Shown: one piece after another, positions 40,468-52,620 of the stretch
How the letters are laid out: every line of letters begins with the position of its first letter
Numbering within the stretch: the stretch's first letter is position 1
Source: Sphagnum compactum
Taxonomy: Eukaryota
Assembly (NCBI GenBank): GCA_965153455.1
Contig: OZ234493.1
Location: forward strand, 17,226,213-17,290,212
Length of the DNA: 64,000 nucleotides
Reading direction: 5' to 3'
The notes under the pieces: model-generated
Databases searched by the model: none
What the model saw: the letters and a program-made list of their open reading frames with translations, nothing else
Told to the model about the DNA's origin: nothing
Position numbers and translations under genes: made by a program

Positions 40468-41334
40468 GGCAACGGCTGTCAGAATACGCACAGGAGAGCA
40501 CCTCAACCAGCACTCCAATTGATTTACCCTTCTTCTCGAAACATAAAAGAATGGAGCTGGAAAAATGCAAAAAAGACGGTCACAGGACGTTTTTTTTTTG
40601 GAATGGAAGGCGGGCACCTCTTGAATGCCAACTGGCTCTAGACCAGCAGTTTCCCGGTTGTAAGTCCAGGTACAAGACCAACTCCTGGATCTAGCCACAA
40701 AATAATTATCACATCCCAACTTTTCTGGAAGAAAGTTCAACATTGTCATCTCCTCTGAGTGTCACATGATATAAATTCAAACTTGAGATTATTGCGAAAT
40801 TGTTCATGCAAAGTTGAATGTCTGTTTTCAGCCTAATTTCTTGATATCAATTGGTCAGGAGTGGATGGGCTTCAAAGTTAGGACTTAATATCAAAATTGG
40901 CCTTGTAAATTTCTAAGTAATAAAGAACAATTACAGCCACAACAATTCAGATAGGCCCAAACCAACAACTCTACGTACAGACTAAGTTGGAAGTCTAGAA
41001 TCCACAGATGGATAAACCTAGCATGTGGAATGGGCACAACTGCATTAAACTAACCAGGTTCATGAAATGATGATAAGACTAACAGTATGAAGGGAAGTGA
41101 GAGTCTCTCAATTGTTCAGTGACCATCAACAGTAAAATATATGATAGTGATGTTTCTATAACAACATTCCCACTACGTCATCGGCTCCCTACATTGAGTA
41201 TGGGACAATGTAATGAGTAGTCTGCATATTCAAATTTTCAAAACAGATAAGTGCATGACATGGATACACTCTTAATTACAGGTACACTCCTATCCAGCTT
41301 ACTCGATCATAATGCAAGCTGGCTTTATCAAACA

Positions 41335-41472
41335 AGCAGTCAGTCGGTCATCAAAGACTTCAGCTGCAGCCGAGAAGAAGCTCAAGAGCAGCAGTCAGTC
41401 AGTCACCAAAGACAACAGGTGCAGCTGAGAAGCTCAAAGCTGAGCAGCAGTCAGTTACCAGCCACCAAAGAC
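41335..41472 (+). repeat. Short degenerate tandem repeat (about 55 bp, 2.5 copies)
   Basis: agcagtcagt...caaagac...gcagc(c/t)gagaag(aag)ctcaa repeated. Confidence 0.7.
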
Positions 41473-43109
41473 TTGTGCAAAATGCATAAGAGAAGGTCAA
41501 GAGAAGTCTGACACCAAAAATAGTCTACAAGACGGTGTTGGCGCATTTCCTGTTGAAACAGAAAGTTTTCCTCATTTTGACAGGAAAATGTTTTCAACTC
41601 AGGAGAGATTTCATGAGCTGGCCACAACAATGCTTACACCCGATGTGCCAGTTCCGATCTTGCTGCAATGACTCTCAGTAATGATTCTCATGGGAGTTGA
41701 ACCTCAGTACCTCAATCAGCCGCCCCGTTCTAGACCTCCAAGCCGGCTTCTTATTCACCAGCACAACGGCTCACCACCACATATCAGCAACGCAGCCGCC
41801 GGATATGCTTCACACATCCTCAGCGAGATCCTGTGTTCAACACCTTGCAAATGCACCCTTCAAAAACATCACCCACCACACCCGTAAAAACAAAGAACAA
41901 ACATAGCAAATGCACAAACAAATAAACAAATCGGGGACTCGAACAGAGGAAGAAGAAGAGGAGGAGGAGCATCAGCAGCAGCAGAAGATCTGGGTCTGCA
42001 AAACAGTCACAGCAAACATGCTCAAGTCTGGAATAAATCCCTTGTTGCAAGGAAGATAGCCAGTCAGGAAACTTTACCTTTCTCGAACAGCAAGCAACTA
42101 GCAAGCTAGAAGAACACAAAGGAACCGAGCAGGAGAATACAGTCTGGTGCATTTGGATCCAACGCCAGATCAGGAACTTTCTGCTGTCACCGAAGAAGAC
42201 CTTCAGTACAAGCGGAGAAACTGATGATTCGAGAGAGATCTGATATCACGTAACGTTTCGACGTTCCGTTCAGGATGTTCCGTTCAGGACGTCAATATTG
42301 TCGGTGGAAGACGTAGATCACAGAAATTGCAGGTCCACCGTGAAAGAAACAATTAAGACAACATCACTACAGCAGCTCCGACGGATTCCGGATGATCAAC
42401 GCGTACTCAATATTCCGGCACTTCAGCAATAGTTTCTCCTCCCACCGCTATTAAGCGTCGTAATTACGATTATTATTATCATCACCAAATAAGCCTGCCT
42501 GGTGTCCGATTTCTTGATGAGAGAGACACATGCGGCAGTTGATTCTAAGACAGAAGAAGAAATTTCAACAGCAGCGTGGATTTGAGGCAGCATCGACCAC
42601 GGCAGCTGTTGCGCGGAAACGGACGTGAACGACAGATTGACGGACAGACGGGTGAAGAGTGAACATAATTAGACAGTAGCCAAGTCCATAAAACCCACAT
42701 TTTGGTAGATAGGAAATTATAAAATTGCATTGAGTAAAAGATAAAATGACTTACAGGGAGGACATTATAATTAGATGCAAGCTGAACAAACATGGGTATA
42801 CATTCCAAAAAAATTGTACTATTTTATTTAAATTTTAATTACTTGCGGATGGAAAATTGAAGTCATCTAGTGGACACTTGCAACAATAAGATGACATCTG
42901 ACATTCTGTTGGTTCCAATCAACGGTAGTGTATATTTCATATGCATTACCATAATTTTGCATTAAGGGAATATTTGATTTTATTTTGGGAAAACTGCCAG
43001 AGGACATAAAATTGCGCGCAAGAAAAGAAGTTGGAGCCACTAGCAGCCTGCCAGCATTTTTTTGTTCAAAACTTTTTTTACCAGAAATTCTGGCAATTTT
43101 TTTTCACAA

Positions 43110-45008
43110 AAGATTTGTTTTTTGAATTTACACCGGGAATAAAAAACCGAAATAATCGCCTTTGGAGATATATATATTTTAAAGGAATTGCAGGGGAAAA
43201 AAATAGGCGGCCCCCTCATAGTCCATCCAGGCGCTTCAAGAGTCCAACTTTTCACAAATGTAACCAATAGGAAGCTGGCACACCCCGTGGGGGGTGGTTT
43301 ATTTTTTACAAATTCATTGTTGGGGGGGGGGGGGGGATGTCACGAAAAGATTTATTAATTTCTTGTTCAAGGTGGGTTTAGGATTAGATTGTGATTGTTT
43401 ATTTTTATTTTTCTCTCTTCATCCTCTTGGCCCCTTGAACAAGGTTTAATTTTGATATTGAAGTTTCTAACGTTTGGGCTATTTGACTAGAATGGGAGTG
43501 GAGGTATGCGAGGATCGTTTTTTTCTGGGGAAGAGATGTGGGACAAGAGGTGAATGTTATTTTAGGAAAATGGACGGGCGGAGGTGTTGAAATGGTAAAC
43601 TTTTTTTCCATAGATTGCGAGAGGTCAACGATATATATATATTTCGGCGAGGGGGTTTTGTGTTGAAAGAACAATTTTTAAAATTATTTTTTGGGGGTTT
43701 TGTTTTGTACATCTCCCAAAGGATTTGTTTTTGTGGCTTTTTTTTTTCGGTTATCATGAGACCACAGGCTATTCCACTTTGGATTTTTTCCTTTCTTCTT
43801 ATCTTCCTTTTTTTTCTTCTATTTTTTCTTCGACTTTTAAAAGGCATTTTCTTCCCCCTTTTTTCGTCCTCCCCTCTTTCTCCGGAATCCTCATTTTTCC
43901 CCCTTTTCCATATTCTTCTTCTTACCGAATGTTTCTTATCGTTTTTTTGTCGTATTTCTTGGTTTTACTTATTCATTTATTTTTATTTATTTGTCTAATT
44001 TTTATCATTTATTTTTCTTTTCCTATTTTTTTCAATTTGTCGTAGTATATTTTCTTTATCCTTCGATCCTTTTCTTGGGTTTGCAAGATGCAGGGAAGGA
44101 ATAGCAAGGAACAAGTACAAAACGAATAGCAAGGAACAAATCCGGAAGTAATGTGCCAGTTGCTCGACTCACTGGTACGCCCAATACTGAGCCATGCATG
44201 CGAGGTGTGGACAGGTTGAACAGGGGCGAAAGGGTTGCAACAAGTAGAACAAGTACAAAGAATGTTCCTGAGAGGAATATTGGGGGTGAATAAAACAACA
44301 AGCACTTTTGCTGTGTCGGGTGAGTTTGGAAGGTATCGAGGGGAGCATTTGTGGCAACAAACTCTCAAGTATTATCATAGTTATGACATTCTTGGTGCAA
44401 GAATGTTATGGAAGCCCAAAGAAGCAATAATTTCAACGAAATTTATAGATCAACCAGTGTAATTTGGTAAACATTCGCGAGTCAAGAATGTTTTGACAAG
44501 GTGCTAAATGAAGAATTTTAAAAAAATTTAATGTGTAAAATGAAGAATGTCATCACCACTAGGGTAGGAGAAGCCTCCTACATGGTACCCTCGGACTCCA
44601 GGGGGGTCAACTTCTCTCTCGAAGAGAGCTTCACCAAGCATGACAGAAGGCCAGGAAAGAATGATGTCATTGGGCGCTCCCCATTTTTGCCAGATGTGAT
44701 AGTGACATACAGAACTCTTGGTCGGGGCACTACAGTCGATAATGTCAGGCTGTTTTAGCGTAATGTTTGAGGTTCCAAACTCGAAGGTCTTCGTGTTATT
44801 GCCGTAGGTGAAGTGTTTATTCGATTTATTAATCATTCCATTGCCCTATAGTTTGAGGGGGCCTTTCAAAAGTACTTATCCCCCCATCGGTTTGGAATAT
44901 TGACCCCTGAAGGCTACGAGACCATCATTTTTGGCATTAGAGTCTTCCTCAACCGACACCCTGATTGGGTCATGATGCAAGTTGACGTCAAAAGCGTTTT
45001 TAATAACG
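43110..45008 (+). repeat. Composite repeat of about 1.9 kb, copy A (direct repeat of 54666-56507)
   Basis: Colinear from aagatttgttttttgaatttacacc to cgtttttaataacg. Includes a LINE C-terminal fragment, a deleted MITE and an RT fragment. Confidence 0.9.
44150..44374 (+). mobile_element. LINE ORF2 C-terminal remnant (RTEX/L2-like)
   Basis: QVQRMFLRGILGVNKTTSTFAVSGEFGRY...WQQTLKYY. Second copy at about 55650-55870. Confidence 0.7.
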
Positions 45009-45010
45009 TT
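44835..45010 (+). mobile_element. Non-LTR reverse transcriptase fragment (CRE-like)
   Basis: LSPHRFGILTPEGYETIIFGIRVFLNRHPDWVMMQVDVKSVFNNVS. Related copies at about 56330-56507 and 56795-56928. Confidence 0.6.
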
Positions 45011-45104
45011 TCTAACTTCCGGTCCGAGCATTACACTCATAAGGTCAGAGGCCGGAGGCCGTTTGACGACAACAAGAACCCAGCATAATAATGCCAGGCT
45101 ATTT

Positions 45105-45387
45105 CATAGTTATGACATTCTTCATTTTGCACATTAAAATTCTTTAAAATTCTTCATTTAGCACTGCGCAGGGTGGTCGACTCATTGAATCATTCACGTA
45201 AAAGGTTGTTTTGGCAGGTCGTTGATATATACTTGAATCGCATAACCCTTGTTCCCATCATAACATTCTTTACCTGCGAAGGTTACCAAATTACACTGGT
45301 TGATCTATAAATTTTTTTAAAATTCTTTAAAATTCTTGCTTCTTTGGGCTTCCATAACATTCTCGCACCAAGAATGTCATAACTATG
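45105..45387. mobile_element. MITE (283 bp) with perfect 18-bp TIRs
   Basis: CATAGTTATGACATTCTT ... AAGAATGTCATAACTATG. Internally deleted, inverted copies at about 44375-44555 and 55871-56050. Confidence 0.8.
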
Positions 45388-46003
45388 TGTCAGGGGAGTA
45401 CACATGCCTATCCAATAAAGGTTTTAGCACTGTGGACTATTTTCTTACGACAGCTGACCAATTAGAGGGGGTCAAGCGCTTAGAGGTTAACTGCGATGAA
45501 AAGTACTCAGGTCACAAAGATGCGCACTCTGATCATAGACCATCGGTACTTACAATCACACAACAGTGGCAACCCCCTCCTGGTCAGCAAAAGGCAATCA
45601 AACACCTACCAGGTTTATGACACTGCCAAAGTGGCCAAGTTTAGCATGAGTGTATAGCATAACATCGGTGTCTGGGCAAGCACTTGATGCATCTGACGTA
45701 CAAACAACAGTCAATTTGTTACAACAGTGCATCACACAATCTGCAGAAGAAGTGTTTGGAAATAGACAAGTGGCCTTAGGAAAAGCAATAAAGCACAGCC
45801 ATAAACCCTGGTTTGACACAGAATGTCGCCAGACTAAAAGCCAGTTTGCTAAATTGTCACATGCACACACAGATAGGCAGGTCAGACTTAAACAAATGAA
45901 ACAATTGTACAAAAGGAAGAAACGTGCTTATGATGTGCTCAAGGCTAAACAGCTATGTGGTTTAGCGAAGGCGGATCCTGCAGCATTCTGGAAACGTTTT
46001 TAA
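45388..46003 (+). mobile_element. LINE ORF2 remnant: end of the APE endonuclease and linker
   Basis: GEYTCLSNKGFSTVDYFL...HSDHRP, then KPWFDTECRQTK...ADPAAFWKRF. Reading frame disrupted. Confidence 0.8.
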
Positions 46004-47955
46004 TAATGTTTCTAACTCCCGGTTTCTAACGTTTCTAACAACTAAATTGAACAAATGCTATCATAGCTTAATGAATTCAGCACCCGATGCCAAATTAATA
46101 AATAATTAATTAAAATGCATTTTGGCACATGTACAGTAGTATAATATTTTCCAAAATTTCTGAATTATGATTTTAGAATGTTTAATACTTCCAACATGAA
46201 TGGGGATGTTAATATTTTGCATCCATGTTTCAATACATATACATGGACATGTGAACTACATTTCTTGATTTTTGTTCATAGTTGGAGCCATTTTGGGATA
46301 ATTTGATAGGTGGTAACTTAAATTGATGTTGAAATGTTTGGATGAACTTATACAAAAATAACCTTAATGTATTATGAAAATATGATTTTGATAACTTTTA
46401 AGGAATATGATGAATATAAAGTATTGAAAAATCATTTCAACATGATAACCAATGTTTTTGGTTGCCTGAAGACTCTAAAATGAATTTCAAATCATTTGAA
46501 CCTGACATTTTGATGGGAATCTTTTTATGTGCATCTTTACATAATAGCATGGAACATCTTTTGGGTCATAAGAATTTTTAAAAAATTAAAGTTGATTTTT
46601 AAAATATTTTGTAAATTATTTTATTTTTAAGGGCTTGGCCTTGGTGCAAATGGCTCCTTTTACTTAATTTGGACCAATTTGCCTTTATGTTTTTGACTAA
46701 GATTTGTAACATATATAAAACTAAGTGGAAACATATTATGGAATTGAATTTGACTTTCAAAATTGGAACATGAACCTAGAAAGCGTTTTTTATTTTCTTA
46801 AATAACCGAACCCAAAATATTGTTTTTTTGAACAAAATTATTTTCTTATTCTACAACATGTGTGGAAGCCGCCCTCGTAATACAATAATTCCTAACCGGG
46901 CCAACTCGATGACATAAATAAATAAATAATTTAGAAACACTTTGTCAAAATTTTAGAAAAAAAAAAAACCCAAATCAAAACACAAGATAAATTTCGAAAC
47001 TTACGAGTGGGCTTAGCCTAACTTAGAGATTATTATTAAATTTTTTGAAATATTTGGATCGCGGCTCCGGAAACCTTTTTTCTTTTTTTTTAATATTAAT
47101 TATTTCCATTATTTTCCTATCTGCGCTGCAACCAATTTTGGCTAAGTCCTCTTGCCAACCCACGTACCTGGTATATTTGGGGGGAAAAAAAACACCGCCG
47201 CCCACCTTCACACTACGAAAGATGGATGATAAGTGGTCAGGAAACAGTTTTCTATTGGTTTTCAGTTCCCTTTTTAAAAACTGGTTGCTTTTTTAAAACC
47301 GCACTCAACGGATGTTGTGCCAGTGGGTTTTGTTGTAGGGGAGGTTCCGCCCGAGCGTGTTCTCCCGAGGGAGGGGCACCCCAGGATGTTCCCAAACCTC
47401 AGGAGAACGCATGAGCATGGGAACCTCCCCTTAAATAAACAACTCTCTTTTTATTTCCTCACATACCTCAGAGCACTAGTGGAGTTGCTCTTAGTACCTG
47501 CCAGTCATTTGAGCTGATTTTCAACCAGTTTTGTGATTGGAAATTGGAAAATAGTTGGGCCCAAATATGAGCCCATTTGGGAGGTATTTATATTTACATC
47601 ATTGTTATTAATTGGCAACCCCTTTTCTTGAGCTTTTCTTCAACAGAAATATACATGTTTGTGATTTCTCCTGCTTGATAACAAATTGAAGCACATTAAA
47701 ACAGAGAGCTTCACTCATCTTTTTTCACAGTAGGGAGGGACTTACTCCAGGATGTCATCCAGACTAGAATTACAAAACTGTGCCATGAGCATTCCCGTCT
47801 CCACAGCCCTGTTTCTGCCCCCCAGCCCCCCAACTGCCTCCAGCAAAGCCCCCAAACGATGGTTTTGGGGACCAAGCGACAGACACAAAATGGCAATGAA
47901 TCAGTTTGGTAGATATCAGATATGCACTTTCTATCTGTAACTACCCTAGAGATTC

Positions 47956-50900
47956 TTAGAACTCACGTTCATAGATGCTGCGTACACCATCCCTGAGGGG
48001 ACCATGGTCAAGGAATCGGTCACTGCACCCTTTGGTAACATCACAAAGAATGCTCCTGTAGTCATTGCAGGCAGCATTCTGATCAAAGAGAACTCTGGCC
48101 AGCCAGTCTTTGCGAATAGAGGACTCATGGATTTTGTGCTCTTCATGTGTGTCGGCAGCAATCAAACGGTACACTACAACCTTTCTCTGTTGCCCAATAC
48201 GAAAGGCTCGGCTTATTGCCTGCCGAGCAAGAGCTGGATTCCAGGAAACCTCCAACAAGACTACTCGAGAAGCTCCCACAAGAGAAATTCCTTCACCACA
48301 TGCTTTTACGGATGCACATAATACCCGAGATTCGGAGTTCGAGTTGAAGCGAGTTATGGTACTCTCCCTTTCTGCTGGCTGCATCTTCCCATCCAACCGA
48401 AGGATTTGCACGCCCTTGCTCCAACCCATCCGGTGACTCGTCATATTCTCAATAAGGGCGAGCGAATACAGGTACTCACTGAAAATAAGTAGCTTCTCTC
48501 CAGCAGCATGACACAATCGCACCAAATCAAGGACCCACCTCAGCTTCGCACCATCTCTTACCTTAACATCACCTTGCAGTCTGAGATCATCCTGACTCCT
48601 ACTGCCGGTTTCTGCCACCGGTTCCAGAACAGGATGGACATAGATGGCTGCAGCTCGTTTCTGTAAATTGTCATTATTCTTCATCTCTGACAAATCAAGC
48701 AAACGTCGTTGCATCGGTGTGATGTGAAGCATAACTGTGAAGTCAGAAATTCCAGGTAAGGTGTCCAAGATTTCACTCTTGTGCCATGATACAAAAGGAG
48801 CAATGAATGTCCGCAGATGTCGCAAGGCTTGCGTCATCCGTTTTGGATCCCCACTGTCAATCCCATCCCCAAAAATGTCTTTGAATGCTTGCCTCCCATT
48901 TGAAGGCTTCATAACTGATGTGGATTGGCTTGCCACCACCATCTCAGATGCAATGACTTCAGTTAAATTTGGTGTTGGAGACAGGCTTGCTCCAGTTTGC
49001 AGCATAAAATTTGGTCGAATTAGCTCCAGAGTATGGTAAAACTCATCAGAATTATTGTTGAACGGTGTACCTGACAGTAGCACACGTCGCTTGGTACGTA
49101 CTTGCATTAGCGATGTCAAAATCTTAGTATTCTTGGTTCTTGCCAAGTGACCTTCATCTAGGATCAGCAACCCAGGACCCTCCGTGAGCAGCTTCCCAAC
49201 ATCACCAGTCATGTTTACAAATTGTGGGTATCCTACCAGTAGGACACTTCTCTCTTGCTGCTGCCATTTCTGGAGCAGGTCTAACTGGCTTTCTACACTA
49301 TTTGCCTCATACAGGTCAAAGATAGGAATCTCTTCTACTTCCCATTTCTTGAATTCTTGAGCCCAAGGTCGAAGCATGCCCTTCGGAGCAACAACCATGG
49401 GTTTAGCATGAGGAACCTGGATCAAGAAACTCTGTAAAAAGCTGATGACAAGAAAAGTCTTCCCTGTGCCAGGTGCAAATGCAAGCATGCAACCACCTGC
49501 ATCCTCCTCTACCAGATTCCTTGAGAGGAACTTGAAGCCATCCAGCTGATGAGGGTGCAGTGCTTCTTCCAACGAGGGGTGCACCTCTAATCCAGGAATT
49601 CCTAGTGGTTCTTCTAGCTCTGCATCATCACCTTCTTTGGACCAGTAGCTAGGTTGCCTTTCCCCTGGGGTCAAACGTTTCCGCTTGGAAACCTGGTTTT
49701 GAACACAAAATTGACATCTTTTAGACTTTCAAATTGACAACAAAAAATTTATATTGTGTGTGTCCGTTCAACTCCACACAGTGAAACTGGAATAAAATTA
49801 GTTCATGCCCATGTCCACCATCCAATATTGCACCGGATTCGCATGAAGCGTAAAGTATCAAGCATATGGTATGTTATGAAAGCATAAGCACTGTATGTAT
49901 TATCAATTAAGAATTTCTAAAGAATTTTTTTTGCCCTTTTGGTCGCTGCTTAACCAAGGGACGACATGTTTCTAAGCCATTGCTTACATGTAAATTAGTA
50001 CATGTATAATTTCCAAGCCTAGTAATGCTGGTTTCATCTAGACAAAGCTTTACAGTAACAGGTGTGTTAAGGACACGTACAGGTTTGTGCCACATAAATA
50101 CCATATCCTTGATATGTTCCACGACCAAACCACAGATAGTGCACGACCTTCCCAAGTCTAAGGTCGTTATGAAACTGTGCACACAATCCTCTTTCTTCTC
50201 CTCCAAAGCAGGTTTGATTGCATCCTGCATCCAACACAGACTCACCTCCTCGGTGTGTCAGTGAATGGTACTCAGGAGACAAGATAGTGGTATCACAGAT
50301 CTGCTTGTTCTGTGATTGAATACTTTTTGGTCACTGTTCAGAAAAAACACATCATGAAGCAGGATGAAGGATTTCTCCAAAAGAAAATGCTGCAAAAGAA
50401 TGATGAGGTTTGAAAATCCGTACCTGCTGCAACATTATTGCAAACTCCTTCCTGCATGCCCAATCAAGTGGATCCTTCTGCTCATCCTCTACTTCAGAAT
50501 CACTGCTTCCAGAATCTTCTGCAAGCTCAAAATCAGGATAAACCTCACTCTCATCTGATATCTTTGCCTTCACAGTCCTGGGCTTTGGAGCAACATCATC
50601 TACAAAATCACCTTCACTGTGAGTCTTTGACCTCCGACGTTTTCCACTATCCTGACTGGTAGTCTTTTTTGCCAGAGGCCTTTCACAAGGATTCTCTTTT
50701 TCAGCCCATGGAATGGTACCTACGACTGCTTCAATATCCTCCAGAGTAATGCCCTCTTCATCTGGAAAACTCGGTTTGAATGACGGGTTCAGCGAGAATG
50801 GCAGGACATCTTCATCTTCCTCCTCATCATCATCAGTAGAGTCCATCACAATCAAAGGAATGTTAGAATGTGGCAGAGTTGCCAAAATTGAGCGATTCTC

Positions 50901-51083
50901 TTCTCGGCGCTTGTTTCTCAATGGAGAAACTCCCTTCAGCCCGGCACCGGTTCCAAGGCCCGGTCTCAAGAAATTCAGTATGGATTTGCATTCCTCATCA
51001 ATACGTGCTGATCTCTCGATAGCCATGGTGATAGCATCAACAACCGGTTCACATGGAGCTTTCTGGCTGCCTTGACTTATCAT
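47956..51083 (-). CDS. SNF2-family chromatin remodeler of the DRD1/CLASSY (RdDM) subfamily, about 846 aa, apparently intact
   Basis: Exons 51083-50424, 50224-50081 (CVHSF...LGRSCTICG Zn-motif typical of DRD1/CLSY) and 49692-47956, with phase-0 GT-AG introns. Motifs HPHQLDGFKFL, APGTGKT, LILDEGH, LSGTPFNN, CGEGISLVGASRVVLL and QAISRAFRIGQ. No stops. Confidence 0.9.
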
Positions 51084-51362
51084 TGCATTGCACTTGCTCT
51101 GAATAATGTAACCTGGCAGTTAGTGACATTCCAAGCACTAAACTCAGATATACTTTGCACAGCACACAAATAAGCACTCGGTTTGCTCAATCTTACAGTA
51201 AGTTGGCACTGCTTAGGTCTCATTACCTTGCAACTGCTCGCCAGCTCTCGTAAGTTGTACACACGACTGTATCGCTTTAGGGAGGATGTCTGGAAAAGAC
51301 AACAAAATGATTCCAGCCCTGTATGTTCCAGTAAATAACCAATATTCTTCCACTAGTCTCAC

Positions 51363-51543
51363 CTGATGAACAAGAATAACAGTGGGCACAAGGAAGACAG
51401 CAATGCGCTTATCTCCCTTCAAGCGAAGATTGTGAGCGAGAGATTTCACGAGCAACACCGCTATAAGTGTCTTCCCACCCCGTGTTTCCAGATACAGAAT
51501 TATATTTTCCTTCGAAGCCTTTTCTAAGACCTCAAGTTGGTAC
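51363..51543 (-). pseudogene. DCL: Dicer-like N-terminal DExD helicase exon, proximal copy
   Basis: AG|GYQLEVLEKASKENIILYLETRGGKTLIAVLLVKSLAH...KRIAVFLVPTVILVHQ|GT. Typical DCL2/3/4 motif Q/I/Ia exon, with the Walker A region TGxGKT changed to TRGGKT. Confidence 0.85.
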
Positions 51544-52182
51544 CTACGTTCAGATGCCACATAAATGGATTAGCAATGCAGGATGCAAAAGGTTCCAGGG
51601 TTACAGACGTGGTAATGGACGGAAAAGGGGAATCAAACCATGGAAGTTTCTATGAGTTTCGAGGCAGAAACCAGTCTGTTTCAGGACAACTCATATTCGG
51701 CCACAGAACTTTGCAACAGTGTCAGAAGCTACCTGCGGCCTACTGCCATTTGACTGTCCAGCAAGTGGATTTTACAATAAGTCAAGAGACAAGGACAGAT
51801 AACGCACTTCAGAACTGAAAAGTTGTGAAGGTGTACAGCAATCTTCAGTAACATACCGGGCTCGCCCTGAGGTTGACTCAAATGTATATGGAGTCAAAAA
51901 AGGAGAAACAGACATCCACGTGAATGCATTGAAAAACTCTAGGAAAAACATGTAAGGAAGCCAGAAAAAAAAAAGTGCCAGTTCTGACCAAATCAAAACA
52001 AACGGAACAAGAATGAATGCAGTCATAACCTTGTGAGAGGTTCAGTCAGAAAGTTTCAGACCACCGAATTCAACATAATTGTCAGTGACTAGCTGCAATT
52101 CTTCCACTACGAGTTCATCAGCTCCTTGACAGATTGATACGTAGATAATAGGGCACACACCGTCTGTGGCGAAAAGTCTCAC

Positions 52183-52620
52183 CTGATGAACAAGAATAAC
52201 AGTGGGCACAAGGAAGACAGCAATGCGCTTATCTCCCTTCAAGCGAAGATTGTGAGCGAGAGATTTCACGAGCAACACCGCTATAAGTGTCTTCCCACCC
52301 CGTGTTTCCAGATACAGAATTATATTTTCCTTCGAAGCCTTTTCTAAGACCTCAAGTTGGTACCTACGTTCAGATGCCACATAAATGGATCAGCAATGCA
52401 GGACGCAAAAGGTTCCAGGGTTACAGACGTGGTAATGGACGGAAAAGGGGAATCAAACCATGGAAGTTTCTATGAGTTTAGAGGCAGAAACCAGTCTGTT
52501 TCAGGACAACTCATATTCGGCCACAGAACTTTGGAACAGTGTCAGAAGCGACCTGTGGCCTACTGCCATTTGACTGTCCAGCAAGTGGATCTTACAAAAG
52601 TTCATCCATTGGTTCCATGA
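52183..52620 (-). pseudogene. DCL: Dicer-like N-terminal fragment, distal copy (820-bp offset duplication)
   Basis: About 51356-51770 is repeated at about 52176-52590. The upstream exon MEPMDELL*DPLAGQ...KFCGR has a TAA stop and an apparently dead donor (ATGAGT). Confidence 0.8.

Noticed and set aside
43405-44045. Phe- or Lys-rich ORFs here and at 54160-55750
   Set aside because: Translations of T/A-rich repeat DNA, with frames not conserved between copies.
48004-49039. Plus-strand ORFs overlapping the SNF2 gene (also 50713-51075, 39501-39965, 34807-35166)
   Set aside because: Antisense shadows of real minus-strand coding exons.
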